The translations under genes and the position numbers were made by a program. A stretch of 64,000 nucleotides of DNA from Bdellovibrionota bacterium (GTDB lineage Bacteria; Bdellovibrionota; UBA1018; CAIPTA01; JAALKR01): positions 281,838 through 345,837 of the forward strand of contig CBDBMJ010000003.1 of the NCBI GenBank assembly GCA_965207455.1. The letters are read 5' to 3'. Below, piece after piece: positions 45,524 to 55,338 of this stretch. The first letter of the stretch is position 1. The number at the start of each line of letters is the position of its first letter. The notes under the pieces were generated by a model. That model did no database searches and was not told where the DNA came from. It was given only the letters and a program-made list of their open reading frames with translations.

Positions 45524-47212
45524 ATGAAAAGAAAAATAATTTGTCCAGTAATTTTAGCGGCATTTTTACAGATAAACCCTGCTATGGGGGTTAAAAGCGA
45601 AGCCAGTTGCCAGTTCGAAAAACAGAAGCGCAAAAAAATATCCTCAAATATCCTTTCACCTCAAATGAACCTGTGCAATGCCAACTTAAAAAGAAAAAAT
45701 TTGAGCAGTATAAATTTGAGTAAAGCAAACCTGAGCTATTCCGACCTAACAAACTCAGACCTGCGCCAAATAAACCTTATTAAAGCAACTCTGCGCAAGA
45801 CAATACTAAAAAATACCAACTTAAACTACAGCGATCTATCATTCGCCAACCTAACAAACGCAAACCTAAAAGGATCCACTATTTCAAGTGCTAGACTGTT
45901 TCAAACTATTTTGAATACAGCAGATTTGAGTCATGCCTCTCTTCAGCAATCAAATCTATTCCAAGCAAAGTTAGTCGGAACAAACTTAAGCAATGCAAAT
46001 CTAGAAAGAGCAAGCTTAGTTCAAGCGGACTTATCTAAAGCAAACTTATCTTCAGCTAAAATGAGTCGCACCGACTTTAGAAGAGCGCGCTTAACTGGAG
46101 CCAACCTGTCAAATTCAGATATGACACGAGCTAATTTACAAAACGCAAGTATGACTAACGTCAATCTTCAAAAAGCAAAGTTGTTGCGAGCGGTCCTTAA
46201 TGACGCGGACTTATCTGGATCCGATCTTTCTTTCGCAAACTTATACCAAGCAGATTTGCACAGAACAATTATGAAAAAGGCAAACTTATCCGGGGCTATC
46301 CTGATAAAAGCAAATTTACATAACTCCAACCTGAGTAACGCCAATTTAACCAAAGCTCGTTTACATAATGCAAATCTAAATGGTGCAAATCTAAGTAACG
46401 CAACTCTCACCGCAGCCGAGCTGTTCGGCACTGAATTAAATCACGCCAACCTGACAAATATCAATCTTGATAATTCTAAAGCCACGCGTTCTTATTTCCA
46501 GAAGTCTAACATCAGCAACGCCAGTCTTAGGTATGCAGATATATCAGAGTCAAATATGTACAAAGTTAATTTAAAAAATACCGATATGACTGGGGCTAAA
46601 TTATATTATACTTATTTGGCTCATTCCAACATGGCCGATTCTATTCTGTCTGACGCCAATCTTTACGCCGCAGACTTAAGTGATGCCTCGATTAAACGAG
46701 CCATAATCAAGAATGCCATACTTTCAACAGCAAAACTTACTAATGCAAATTTAGAAGGAGCTGATTTAACCAATACGAAGCTGACAAGGACAAATCTTGT
46801 CTGGGCCAAAATGAATAGAGCAAATTTAAAAAATGCAGCTTTAAATAGAGCTGATTTACGTATGGCTAGCTTAATAGAAGCAGTTCTAATTTCGGCAGAT
46901 TTAAACAACGCAGACTTGCGTAGAGCAAATTTTAAACAAGCGAACTTATATAAAGCAAATCTAACTAAAGCAAAATTAAGTAATATTCACCTAAATAATG
47001 CCAATCTTTCTTTAGCAGACTTCACAGACACCACAGGACTGGACGAATTAAAATTATCCCATTTCAAGGGAATCTGGGCTTATGAAAAAGAGCTTCCAAA
47101 GAATCTACCAACCGCTATGATGAAGGAGCTTCGAAAAAATTTAAGGCGGGTACAGTATCAAGGCTCTAAAAAAATAACGCTTCGTGCGGAAAAAGAGGTA
47201 ACCCATCGATGA
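45524..47212 (+). CDS. exported pentapeptide-repeat protein (long)
   Basis: signal peptide; continuous A(N/D)Lxx repeats over ~450 aa. Confidence 0.92.
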   Translation: MKRKIICPVILAAFLQINPAMGVKSEASCQFEKQKRKKISSNILSPQMNLCNANLKRKNLSSINLSKANLSYSDLTNSDLRQINLIKATLRKTILKNTNLNYSDLSFANLTNANLKGSTISSARLFQTILNTADLSHASLQQSNLFQAKLVGTNLSNANLERASLVQADLSKANLSSAKMSRTDFRRARLTGANLSNSDMTRANLQNASMTNVNLQKAKLLRAVLNDADLSGSDLSFANLYQADLHRTIMKKANLSGAILIKANLHNSNLSNANLTKARLHNANLNGANLSNATLTAAELFGTELNHANLTNINLDNSKATRSYFQKSNISNASLRYADISESNMYKVNLKNTDMTGAKLYYTYLAHSNMADSILSDANLYAADLSDASIKRAIIKNAILSTAKLTNANLEGADLTNTKLTRTNLVWAKMNRANLKNAALNRADLRMASLIEAVLISADLNNADLRRANFKQANLYKANLTKAKLSNIHLNNANLSLADFTDTTGLDELKLSHFKGIWAYEKELPKNLPTAMMKELRKNLRRVQYQGSKKITLRAEKEVTHR

Positions 47213-47955
47213 ACAATAAAATAATTATAATCACAATACTTTCATATATTTTGCCCCTTGATTCCAGTTCAAGTGTGAAATCTCCGAATTGCTATATAAA
47301 TAAAAGTGCGATCCAGACTGTTGGACCAGGAGCTATGCTACATAAAGCTTCTTTATGCGGTGCTGACTTGAAAAAAACCAATCTAGCTAATTCTGATTTA
47401 AGCTATGCAAATCTAAAAAATACAAATTTTTATAGAGCAAATCTACATGCAGCAAATCTATACTCAGCAAACTTGGAAAATGCGTCGTTGTCCAAAGCTA
47501 GATTATGTAATGCTACGCTAGAAAAAACTTCTCTTTATAAGGCAAATTTAGAATATTCTCGCTTATATAGGACAAATTTAATGGGAGCAGACCTGCGCAG
47601 CGCAAATATAAGGCGTGCTGGACTTATCGAGGCTAATCTTACAAAAGCTAACCTAAGTGGAGCAGACCTATTCGGTTCAAAACTTTATAAGGCGAATCTT
47701 AGAGATGCGAATTTAACTGGAGCAATATTACATAAAGCAGATATGAGATATGCAGACCTTCATAATGCAAATCTTAATGGGGCAAACTTATCTTTGGCAG
47801 ATTTTACTAAAGCTACCGGGCTTGATAAACTTCAAAGTTTTAAGAATGTCTGGGCATACGAAGGGGCAGAACCCAAAGGACTGCCTCTTACTGTAATGAA
47901 CGAGTTAAGGAAAAACTTAAAAATTCGTCATAGAAAAAAAAATATAAGACACTAA
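47209..47955 (+). CDS. exported pentapeptide-repeat protein (short paralog)
   Basis: A(N/D)Lxx repeats; C-cap shared with the upstream gene. Confidence 0.92.
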   Translation: MNNKIIIITILSYILPLDSSSSVKSPNCYINKSAIQTVGPGAMLHKASLCGADLKKTNLANSDLSYANLKNTNFYRANLHAANLYSANLENASLSKARLCNATLEKTSLYKANLEYSRLYRTNLMGADLRSANIRRAGLIEANLTKANLSGADLFGSKLYKANLRDANLTGAILHKADMRYADLHNANLNGANLSLADFTKATGLDKLQSFKNVWAYEGAEPKGLPLTVMNELRKNLKIRHRKKNIRH

Positions 47956-47974
47956 AAGTAGTACTCGTTCCGAC

Positions 47975-48973
47975 TTAAAAATTCTCATCAAAGCGCACTT
48001 CGCCAGTAATATTCGTCTGATAGGCAGAAACACGCCTTTCAAAGAAATTTGCTAACTCTTGGGTGTCTTGAAGTTCCATAAAAGAAAAAGGATTTCTCAC
48101 ATTGTATTGACGAGGAATATTTAAACGATCCAATCTCAGGTCGGCCACATATTGTAAATATGTACGCATGTCATTCGAGCTCAAACCCGCTAACCCTTGA
48201 TCCAAAACATCATGGGCAAAAATCATCTCACAAGCAATGGCTTCTTCCATCATAATACAAATCTGTTGTTTCACGGCATCGTCCATCAGATCCGGCTCTT
48301 CTTGTAGTGCCACCTTAATGACTTCAAAAGCAAATTCAATGTGACAACTCTCATCCCTAAAAACCCAATTGGTTCCTGTGGCAAGCCCGTTGAGCAATCC
48401 CTTGGAACGAAGGAAATAAACGTAGGCAAAAGCGGCAAAGAAGAACAACCCCTCAATGATCCCTGCAAAGCAAATAAGGTTCATTAAAAATCTTCTGCGA
48501 TCCTCTTTCGTCCGTATGGCTCGCAAATCATTAATGGAATCCATCCAATGAAAACTAAATGCTGCTTTTTTAGAAATGGAAGGAATAGTATGAACGGCTG
48601 CAAACGCCGCTTCTCGTTCCTTTGGATCTGAAATATAATTATCCAAAAGAGTTAAATAAAACTGAACATGGAGAGCCTCTTCATACAATTGTCGGGAGAG
48701 GTATAGGCGCGCCTCTGGAGAATTGACATGTTGGTAAAGATTTAAAACTAAATTATTACTAACAATGGAATCCCCTGTGGCAAAAAAAGCCACCAAACGG
48801 TGAATAAGAAACTGCTCAGCTGGCTTGATCTTGGAATGCAGATCAATAAGGTCTGAACTAAAATCTACCTCTTCCACGGTCCATGTATTTTTAATGGCAT
48901 CCTTGTACATCTCAAAAAACTGAGGATATTTCATGGGCCTTAGGGTAAGTGAAAAACCTGGATCTAAAATCAT
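47975..48973 (-). CDS. nrdB: class Ia ribonucleotide reductase beta subunit
   Basis: WTVEEVD, FFATGDSIV, EEALHVQFY, EGLFF, RDESCH, NFFERRVSAY. Confidence 0.96.
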   Translation of the reverse strand: MILDPGFSLTLRPMKYPQFFEMYKDAIKNTWTVEEVDFSSDLIDLHSKIKPAEQFLIHRLVAFFATGDSIVSNNLVLNLYQHVNSPEARLYLSRQLYEEALHVQFYLTLLDNYISDPKEREAAFAAVHTIPSISKKAAFSFHWMDSINDLRAIRTKEDRRRFLMNLICFAGIIEGLFFFAAFAYVYFLRSKGLLNGLATGTNWVFRDESCHIEFAFEVIKVALQEEPDLMDDAVKQQICIMMEEAIACEMIFAHDVLDQGLAGLSSNDMRTYLQYVADLRLDRLNIPRQYNVRNPFSFMELQDTQELANFFERRVSAYQTNITGEVRFDENF

Positions 48974-48983
48974 ATATCTTCTC

Positions 48984-51443
48984 CTATTGACAAGCTTCGC
49001 AGGATTCAGGATTTTCCAGTACGCAAACTTCTTGTTCCGTGGGTGTGATTTTTTTCGACGGCTCCTGGACCGTAACCTTTGAAATTCTTGTGGCAGGTCG
49101 GGAGCGTAAATAATAAGTGGTCTTTAACTCCTTTTGCCAAACATACATATACATGCTGGAAAGTTTTTCAATGCTTGGACTCTCTATAAAGAGGTTCAGC
49201 GACTGACTCTGATCCACGTATGGTCCTCTGGCTGCTGCCATGTCGATAAGATTTTTTTGAGGAATTTCCCAAGTGGTTCTAAAAATATTTTTAAGACTCG
49301 TTGGTATCTCCTCAATACCTTGAATGGAACCCTCGGATGCTTTAATTTTCTCACGAATCGTGTTGTTCCAGAGGTTTACTTTTTTAAGCTCTTTTACCAA
49401 ATGGTGGTTAATCTGAATGAACTCTCCAGAAAGGGTTTCCCGTTTAAAATAGTTAGAGATTTGAGGTTCAATGGATTCATATACACCCGCTATGGAAGCA
49501 ATGGTTGCGGTGGGTGCGATGGCAATGAGAAGGGAATTTCTTAGACCGTATTTTTCTATGTCGGCCTTTAGTTTTTTCCATCGCTTGGCAGTGGAGGCGT
49601 GGTGCTGTTTGTCTTCTGATGACCAAAGATCAAATTGTAATTGCCCAAGACTTGCCCGTGTTTTGGAAAAGGCATCGTGCGAGCCACTCACCTTGGCTAA
49701 ATTACAGGAAGTGAGAGTTGCATGATAATAAATTTCTTCCTGTATCTTTACAGATAACTCCCGAGCCTCTTCACTATCAAAGGCCCAACCCATTTGGAAA
49801 AAAACATCCTGCAAGCCCATAAGACCCAAACCCACCGGTCGCCATTGACTGTTGGAGTTCTTGGCAGAATCGATAGGATAAAAATTAATATCAATTACCC
49901 TGTCTAAATAAGTAACTGCTGTCTTAACCGTTTCTCCCAGTTTTTTAAAATCAAAGGCTAGGCTACCATCAGAAGGATCCCGTTTTACGTGACGGCTCAA
50001 GTTGACAGAACCCAAGTTACAAACTGCCGTTTCTTTCTGAGAAGTAACCTCTAAAATTTCTGTACATAAATTGGAAAGATGAATAACATTTTCGCTATTT
50101 AGCGTCTGGTTAGATTTTCGGTTACTTGCATCTTTAAAATTCATCCAGCCATTACCCGTCTGTGCTAACGTTTTCATCATACGGCTATAGAGATCTCTTG
50201 CCCGAACCTGCCTCACATATTTTTTCTCTTTTTCCGCTGCCGTGAAGGCCGCTTCAAATTCTTCACCATACATGTTCACAAAATCTGGCACTTCTTTGGG
50301 GTCGAAGAGAGACCACATGGCATTATCCCGCACTCGCTTCATAAAAAGGTCGGAAACCCAAAGGGCAAGATTTAGGTTGTGGGTCCGCTGGGCTTCGTCG
50401 CCCGTATTGTCCCGTAACTGCAAAAATTCTTCCACATCGGAATGCCAGTTTTCAATATAAACACAGGCAGCACCTTTTCTCCTACCACCTTGATTAACGG
50501 CAGAAATGGAAGAGTCTAAAATCTTTAACCAAGGAATGAGACCATTGGACTGACCATTTGTTCCCTTAATTAAAGACCCTCGAGAACGTATCTGAGAGAA
50601 GGAAACCCCGATGCCTCCAGCAAACTTGGAGAGAAGAGCTATCTCTTTGTACTTGTCGTAAATACTCTTAAGACTGTCTTCGGGAGAATCCAAAAGATAA
50701 CAAGAGGATAACTGAGTACGCCTCGTTGCGGAATTAAATAGAGTGGGAGAACTGGGCAGGTAATCTAAATTGGAAATAAGATCGTAGAAACCCTTTGCTT
50801 CCTTAAAGTCGTTTGCCAAACCGCACGCCACACGCAAAAAGAAATATTGGGGCGTTTCCATTACTTGTCTTGTTCTCGGATGTCGTAACAAATAACGATC
50901 ATAGATAGTCTTTAAACCAAAGTATTCAAAAGATTCAGTGCGGGAATTATCCACAATAATAGAAAACGCCTCTTTATTCTCTCGAATCAACTGAAACTTT
51001 TGATCTGAAATGAGCTCCTCTCTATGAGCCAACACAATATAATCAAAAAAGGTATGTATTTTTTGATTGCGAATTTCCTCGGAAATATAACGACTCAATA
51101 AACGCGCTGCCAACTTAGAGTAATTGGGCTCTTCAGAAATTAAAAACGATGCCGTTCGTATGCACAACTCATCTAATTCCTTGGTGGTAGCACCATCATA
51201 CAAACCGCTAATAGCTTTTGTGGCCACTCTCATGGGATCCACCTCGGCTAAACCTGTGGAGGACGCTAAAACCACATTAATAATTTTATTTACATCCACG
51301 GGCTCAAGAGTGCCGTCTCGTTTCATTACCCGCATGATCTTATGGGTATGAGTCTCTCCCGTGGGCAGAGGAGTGGCTAGTGTGGTTGGAATGTGCTTTA
51401 ACTCTTTCGTTGCTTCTGTTCCATGAGGCTGAGTGATCTCCAT
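48984..51443 (-). CDS. nrdA: class Ia ribonucleotide reductase alpha subunit with ATP cone
   Basis: VMKRDG cone, SPTLFN, LSSCYL, SNLCTEI, VCNLGS, APTAT, KTTYYLR, CEACQ. Confidence 0.97.
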   Translation of the reverse strand: MEITQPHGTEATKELKHIPTTLATPLPTGETHTHKIMRVMKRDGTLEPVDVNKIINVVLASSTGLAEVDPMRVATKAISGLYDGATTKELDELCIRTASFLISEEPNYSKLAARLLSRYISEEIRNQKIHTFFDYIVLAHREELISDQKFQLIRENKEAFSIIVDNSRTESFEYFGLKTIYDRYLLRHPRTRQVMETPQYFFLRVACGLANDFKEAKGFYDLISNLDYLPSSPTLFNSATRRTQLSSCYLLDSPEDSLKSIYDKYKEIALLSKFAGGIGVSFSQIRSRGSLIKGTNGQSNGLIPWLKILDSSISAVNQGGRRKGAACVYIENWHSDVEEFLQLRDNTGDEAQRTHNLNLALWVSDLFMKRVRDNAMWSLFDPKEVPDFVNMYGEEFEAAFTAAEKEKKYVRQVRARDLYSRMMKTLAQTGNGWMNFKDASNRKSNQTLNSENVIHLSNLCTEILEVTSQKETAVCNLGSVNLSRHVKRDPSDGSLAFDFKKLGETVKTAVTYLDRVIDINFYPIDSAKNSNSQWRPVGLGLMGLQDVFFQMGWAFDSEEARELSVKIQEEIYYHATLTSCNLAKVSGSHDAFSKTRASLGQLQFDLWSSEDKQHHASTAKRWKKLKADIEKYGLRNSLLIAIAPTATIASIAGVYESIEPQISNYFKRETLSGEFIQINHHLVKELKKVNLWNNTIREKIKASEGSIQGIEEIPTSLKNIFRTTWEIPQKNLIDMAAARGPYVDQSQSLNLFIESPSIEKLSSMYMYVWQKELKTTYYLRSRPATRISKVTVQEPSKKITPTEQEVCVLENPESCEACQ

Positions 51444-51495
51444 TTTATTTTTTTCTCCTGTAGGTAATCTGTTTTCTTATTTTGTATTACTGTAA

Positions 51496-51523
51496 ATTAT
51501 AGTTTGTGCTGGTAGACTGTCAA
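51496..51523 (-). promoter_or_regulatory. sigma70 promoter of nrdAB
   Basis: TTGACA-16 bp-TATAAT on minus strand, ~52 bp upstream of the nrdA ATG. Confidence 0.7.
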
Positions 51524-51724
51524 GCAAAAGAAAAAGTGAATGTCGATTAAGAAACAAGCGTCAAAAATAACGAACGAAAGCCTGTGCAGATGGCACGCTG
51601 AGATAAATATTTTTCATTTAGAGTGGCTTCTCGTGAACTTTTTGCACAACATAACGCCACACCCTTAGAGTAGCAAAGCCCCATGACCTTTCCTAGAAAA
51701 AAATCCAATGAAAGAACTTGTTAG

Positions 51725-51752
51725 TTGACCGACCGTGGCTTGTCGGTATGAT
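51725..51752 (+). promoter_or_regulatory. putative promoter of the first protease gene, with internal palindrome
   Basis: TTGACC-16 bp-TATGAT; ACCGAC-N8-GTCGGT inverted repeat between the boxes. Confidence 0.45.
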
Positions 51753-51819
51753 CTATATATATATATTATAAGAAAGTGAGAGTTGCGTTGTGTAACTTTC
51801 ATAATCAAGGAGGTTTACA

Positions 51820-52719
51820 ATGATTCTATTACGATCCGTTCTATTTTTTCTTTTTGTCTCGCTCACAATAAGCACACAGGCACGAGCTTTCCCCCAGGCA
51901 CCCTTTAATGCACTTGGGTCTTCGCACGAGATAGTCTCTAGCCTAGCCTCAGTTGTCGCACTGGACTCGTCCGCTGATATCTACGATTTTAACGGCATTG
52001 TGAGACTATCCAACTGTAGTGGATTTCTAATAATGTTCGAGGGACAACCCTCTTCGTCAAACGCGCTGGTCCTCACAAACGGACACTGCTACCGCCGTTT
52101 TATCCGAGCCGAAGCAATCGTTCTCAACCAACCCTCCCGACGCACCATGCGAGTTAGTGACGCTAACAAGCGCTTTCACACCGTACGCGCAACCACTGTT
52201 GTATACGCCACAATGACGGGAACCGATGTACTCCTCTACCGACTAAAAGAAACATACGATGAGCTTGCCACTAAAAACATCACCCCGCTAATGCTAAGTC
52301 CAGTACGGCCTCAGCCCAACGCGGCCATTCAAATTATCTCCGGCTACTGGAAAAGAGGATACTCCTGCTTCATTGATGGCTTTGTCCATAAACTTTTGGA
52401 GGCCTCTTGGGAGTTCTACGATTCTTTGCGCTATAGCACAAAGGGTTGCGACATTATTGGCGGCACCAGCGGATCCCCCGTTATTCTCAAAGGAACGCGA
52501 CAGGTGGTTGGTATCAATAATACCCTTAATGAAAATGGCCGACGGTGTAACATGAATAATCCCTGCGAAGTTGATGAAGACGGGAACGTAACCGTGGATC
52601 ATAATCGAGGCTACGGACAACAAACCTATATATTTTATTCCTGCCTAGATTCCGACTATGAAATAGATCTCACGCTGCAAGGATGTCAACTCGCTAAAGG
52701 TGCCTCTTCTCTAGAGTAA
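51820..52719 (+). CDS. secreted trypsin-like (S1) serine protease
   Basis: signal peptide, CSG, TNGHC, TDV, GGTSGSP. Confidence 0.92.
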   Translation: MILLRSVLFFLFVSLTISTQARAFPQAPFNALGSSHEIVSSLASVVALDSSADIYDFNGIVRLSNCSGFLIMFEGQPSSSNALVLTNGHCYRRFIRAEAIVLNQPSRRTMRVSDANKRFHTVRATTVVYATMTGTDVLLYRLKETYDELATKNITPLMLSPVRPQPNAAIQIISGYWKRGYSCFIDGFVHKLLEASWEFYDSLRYSTKGCDIIGGTSGSPVILKGTRQVVGINNTLNENGRRCNMNNPCEVDEDGNVTVDHNRGYGQQTYIFYSCLDSDYEIDLTLQGCQLAKGASSLE

Positions 52720-52731
52720 ATAGAAAAAGCA

Positions 52732-53529
52732 ATGCCAAACAATCAAAACTCTTTGTTTGAGGGGGATTGCCTAGACGTAATGGGCGCATTCCCCGATCAA
52801 TCTGTGCACATGATCCTGAGCGACCTCCCTTACGGAACCACCCAAAACAAATGGGATTCTATTATCAATCTCGACAAACTATGGTGCGAATACAAAAGAA
52901 TTATTAAGCCAAACGGCGCCATCGTACTCACCTCACAGGGACCCTTCACTGCCAAACTCATCCTCTCCAACGAGGCTTGGTTTAAATATAAAATCGTCTG
53001 GGAAAAGTCCAAAGCTACAAATTTTTTGAACGCCAAAAGACAACCCCTGCGAAAGCACGAAGACATTTGTATTTTTTATAAAAAACAACCCACCTATAAT
53101 CCACAAATGCAAGACGGCGCCCCCTACGACAAAGGTAGGAGAAAAGAACAACTCTCAGGTAGCTACGGCGACTTCGATTCCTGTCATGTGAAAAGCACTG
53201 GCGCACGTTATCCCGTGGATATTGTTTATTTTAAAACGCCAGAAAGCGAGCCAGAGAAAACGGTTTGGCATGCCACGCAAAAACCAGTTGCCCTAGGCCG
53301 CTACCTAATACGAACATTTACAAATCCCGGCGACCTGGTCCTCGACAACGCCTTTGGCAGTGGAAGCTTTTTAGTTTCTGCCCACTTGGAAAAGAGAAAC
53401 TACTGCGGGATAGAAAAAAACCAAGAAGTTTGTCGATTTAAAAAAGAACCCATTGACTATATCTCTGTTGCGGAGAAAAGACTGATGCAGCACGGCGACT
53501 CTCCCAGTATTGTTCGTAGCCATAAATAG
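52732..53529 (+). CDS. orphan N4C/N6A DNA methyltransferase (beta class)
   Basis: GDCL, DLPYG catalytic motif, HATQKP, VLDNAFGSGS. Confidence 0.9.
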   Translation: MPNNQNSLFEGDCLDVMGAFPDQSVHMILSDLPYGTTQNKWDSIINLDKLWCEYKRIIKPNGAIVLTSQGPFTAKLILSNEAWFKYKIVWEKSKATNFLNAKRQPLRKHEDICIFYKKQPTYNPQMQDGAPYDKGRRKEQLSGSYGDFDSCHVKSTGARYPVDIVYFKTPESEPEKTVWHATQKPVALGRYLIRTFTNPGDLVLDNAFGSGSFLVSAHLEKRNYCGIEKNQEVCRFKKEPIDYISVAEKRLMQHGDSPSIVRSHK

Positions 53530-53709
53530 AAATTGCGACAAGCGTCGCGTTAAAAAATATTCTGTAAAAGCAAAGTTATCTAAAAGATGCATTGCATTTA
53601 AATAAAATTCAATACTGCGCAAAAAAAGATTGACGTACTGAGCTTTTTTCTTTAAAAGAATCACAGTTAAGCAATAATGCTTAACATTAACAATAAAGGA
53701 GAATAGAAA

Positions 53710-54288
53710 ATGAAAATAAAAAATATAAACATTATGTACTTAGTATGCGCACTTACTATGCCAGTACTAGCCGAGGCTAATTATTATGATCTGGAGGATG
53801 CTTTTTATAAAGCGGGAACAGTATCTAAAGAAGAAGTTGTTGGCTGGATGGGTGGGCGATGCTTTCCTGCAAATAATCCATATCATTCTGAAAACTCATT
53901 ACTGGTTGGAAGTCCCGTTCGGTATAGTAATGATGGTCCCGCATTTGGAGGAACGCATCACTTTATGATGTGGCATGCCATAAACTACGGTCCAACCTAT
54001 TATGATTACATGTCTTCGCGTGAGATAGCAGGAGTGAAAAGGGTTGTGAATTGGGTTTTTAATAACACTCAGAATCCATCGAGACAAAGTGATGGGAGCC
54101 TTACTGTCCATTTTTATTCAGACTACACTCATAATGGTCGGAACCACTATGTTAGTAATTCAGTGTACTCACTTAGAAAGGGATCAGTGGCAGGATCAAA
54201 AACGTCCTACCTTATTGCAAAACTGGATCTTAAAAACCTCCCTTCTAAATATTGCTACCAGTTTGAGCAAATTCGAAGCTACTACTAG
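53710..54288 (+). CDS. hypothetical secreted protein
   Basis: AAGGAG RBS, signal peptide ending VLA/AEA, W.GGRCF ... YCY. Confidence 0.7.
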   Translation: MKIKNINIMYLVCALTMPVLAEANYYDLEDAFYKAGTVSKEEVVGWMGGRCFPANNPYHSENSLLVGSPVRYSNDGPAFGGTHHFMMWHAINYGPTYYDYMSSREIAGVKRVVNWVFNNTQNPSRQSDGSLTVHFYSDYTHNGRNHYVSNSVYSLRKGSVAGSKTSYLIAKLDLKNLPSKYCYQFEQIRSYY

Positions 54289-54309
54289 TCCAATCGAGTC
54301 GTTTCAATG

Positions 54310-54341
54310 AAAACCCCCCTCCCATGGTGAGGGGGGTTTTT
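54310..54341. terminator. intrinsic terminator (bidirectional-type hairpin)
   Basis: AAAACCCCCCTC-ccatggt-GAGGGGGGTTTT followed by T. Confidence 0.8.
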
Positions 54342-54360
54342 CTAGCCGGGGGGAATAAGA

Positions 54361-55251
54361 ATGGCGCACAAAAATAATATAGTAAACAATCTCGGGTTTC
54401 GCTCCATTCTATTTTTCCTTCTTGCCTCGCTTACTGTAAGCATACAAACACAAGCGTTTCCCCATTCGCCTGGTGATCGCTTCAAAGATGTATGGCCGAA
54501 GAAGTGGGCCACAAAAGATAACTATAATTTTAATGGTATCGTGAGTATTGCATACTGTAGTGGATCTTTAATAATTTTTGAGGGGCAGCCTCGCTCATCA
54601 AACGCACTGGTTCTCACAAATGGACACTGCCACAAGAATGATATTGCACCCCAAGAAGTGCTTGTGAATCAACCATTAAAACTCACCATGCGGGTGGGTA
54701 ATGCCAACAGGCGAACCTACTCCGTGCATGCAACTACTATTGTATACGCCACAATGACGAAAACTGATGTACTGCTCTACCGATTAAAAGAAACATACAA
54801 TGAACTTGCCGCTAAAAACATCACCCCTCTAGTGCTCAGTCCATTCCGACCTCAGCCCGGATCAGAAATTGAAATTATCTCTGGTCTCTGGAAAAAAGGA
54901 TACTCCTGCTCCATTGATGGTTTTGTCCATAAACTTTTAGAAGGAAACTGGGAGTTCCAAAACTCCTTACGCTACACTCGACCGGGCTGCCACACTACTG
55001 CCGGCACCAGTGGCTCCCCCATTATCCTCAAGGGAACACGACGGGTGATTGGTATTAATAATATTTTGAATGCGCCTGGCCTACCATTGGCTAGCGAGGT
55101 TGCGGAGGATGGAACCGTCACTGTGGATAGGAATAGGGGCTACGGGCAACAAACCTATATATTGTATTCCTGCCTGGACTCTGATTATAAAATAGATCTT
55201 ACGCTGCAGGGATGTTGGCTCAATAAACCGAATAAAATCAGATACTTATAA
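54361..55251 (+). CDS. secreted trypsin-like serine protease (paralog of 51820..52719)
   Basis: TNGHC, TDV, AGTSGSP; long identical stretches shared with the paralog. Confidence 0.92.
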   Translation: MAHKNNIVNNLGFRSILFFLLASLTVSIQTQAFPHSPGDRFKDVWPKKWATKDNYNFNGIVSIAYCSGSLIIFEGQPRSSNALVLTNGHCHKNDIAPQEVLVNQPLKLTMRVGNANRRTYSVHATTIVYATMTKTDVLLYRLKETYNELAAKNITPLVLSPFRPQPGSEIEIISGLWKKGYSCSIDGFVHKLLEGNWEFQNSLRYTRPGCHTTAGTSGSPIILKGTRRVIGINNILNAPGLPLASEVAEDGTVTVDRNRGYGQQTYILYSCLDSDYKIDLTLQGCWLNKPNKIRYL

Positions 55252-55338
55252 ATAACCGACAAAATATATATACATTGACATATCGTCGCATAATTTAGTG
55301 TATAATTACATTGTTATAATTGTCCTAGGAGGTCTTCA

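Noticed and set aside
45524-47955. Qnr/MfpA quinolone-resistance proteins
   Set aside because: They have signal peptides, the wrong lengths and no Qnr loop features
47975-48973. Class Ic or Ie (unusual cofactor) RNR beta subunit
   Set aside because: Asp ligand (GDSIV), radical Tyr (HVQFY) and both ExxH motifs are canonical
52732-54288. Restriction-modification pair (MTase + 53710..54288)
   Set aside because: The downstream gene has a signal peptide, its own RBS and no nuclease motif
55275-55306. Perfect TTGACA/TATAAT promoter upstream of the subtilase
   Set aside because: Spacer is 20 bp, outside the usual 16-18 bp; not listed as a feature
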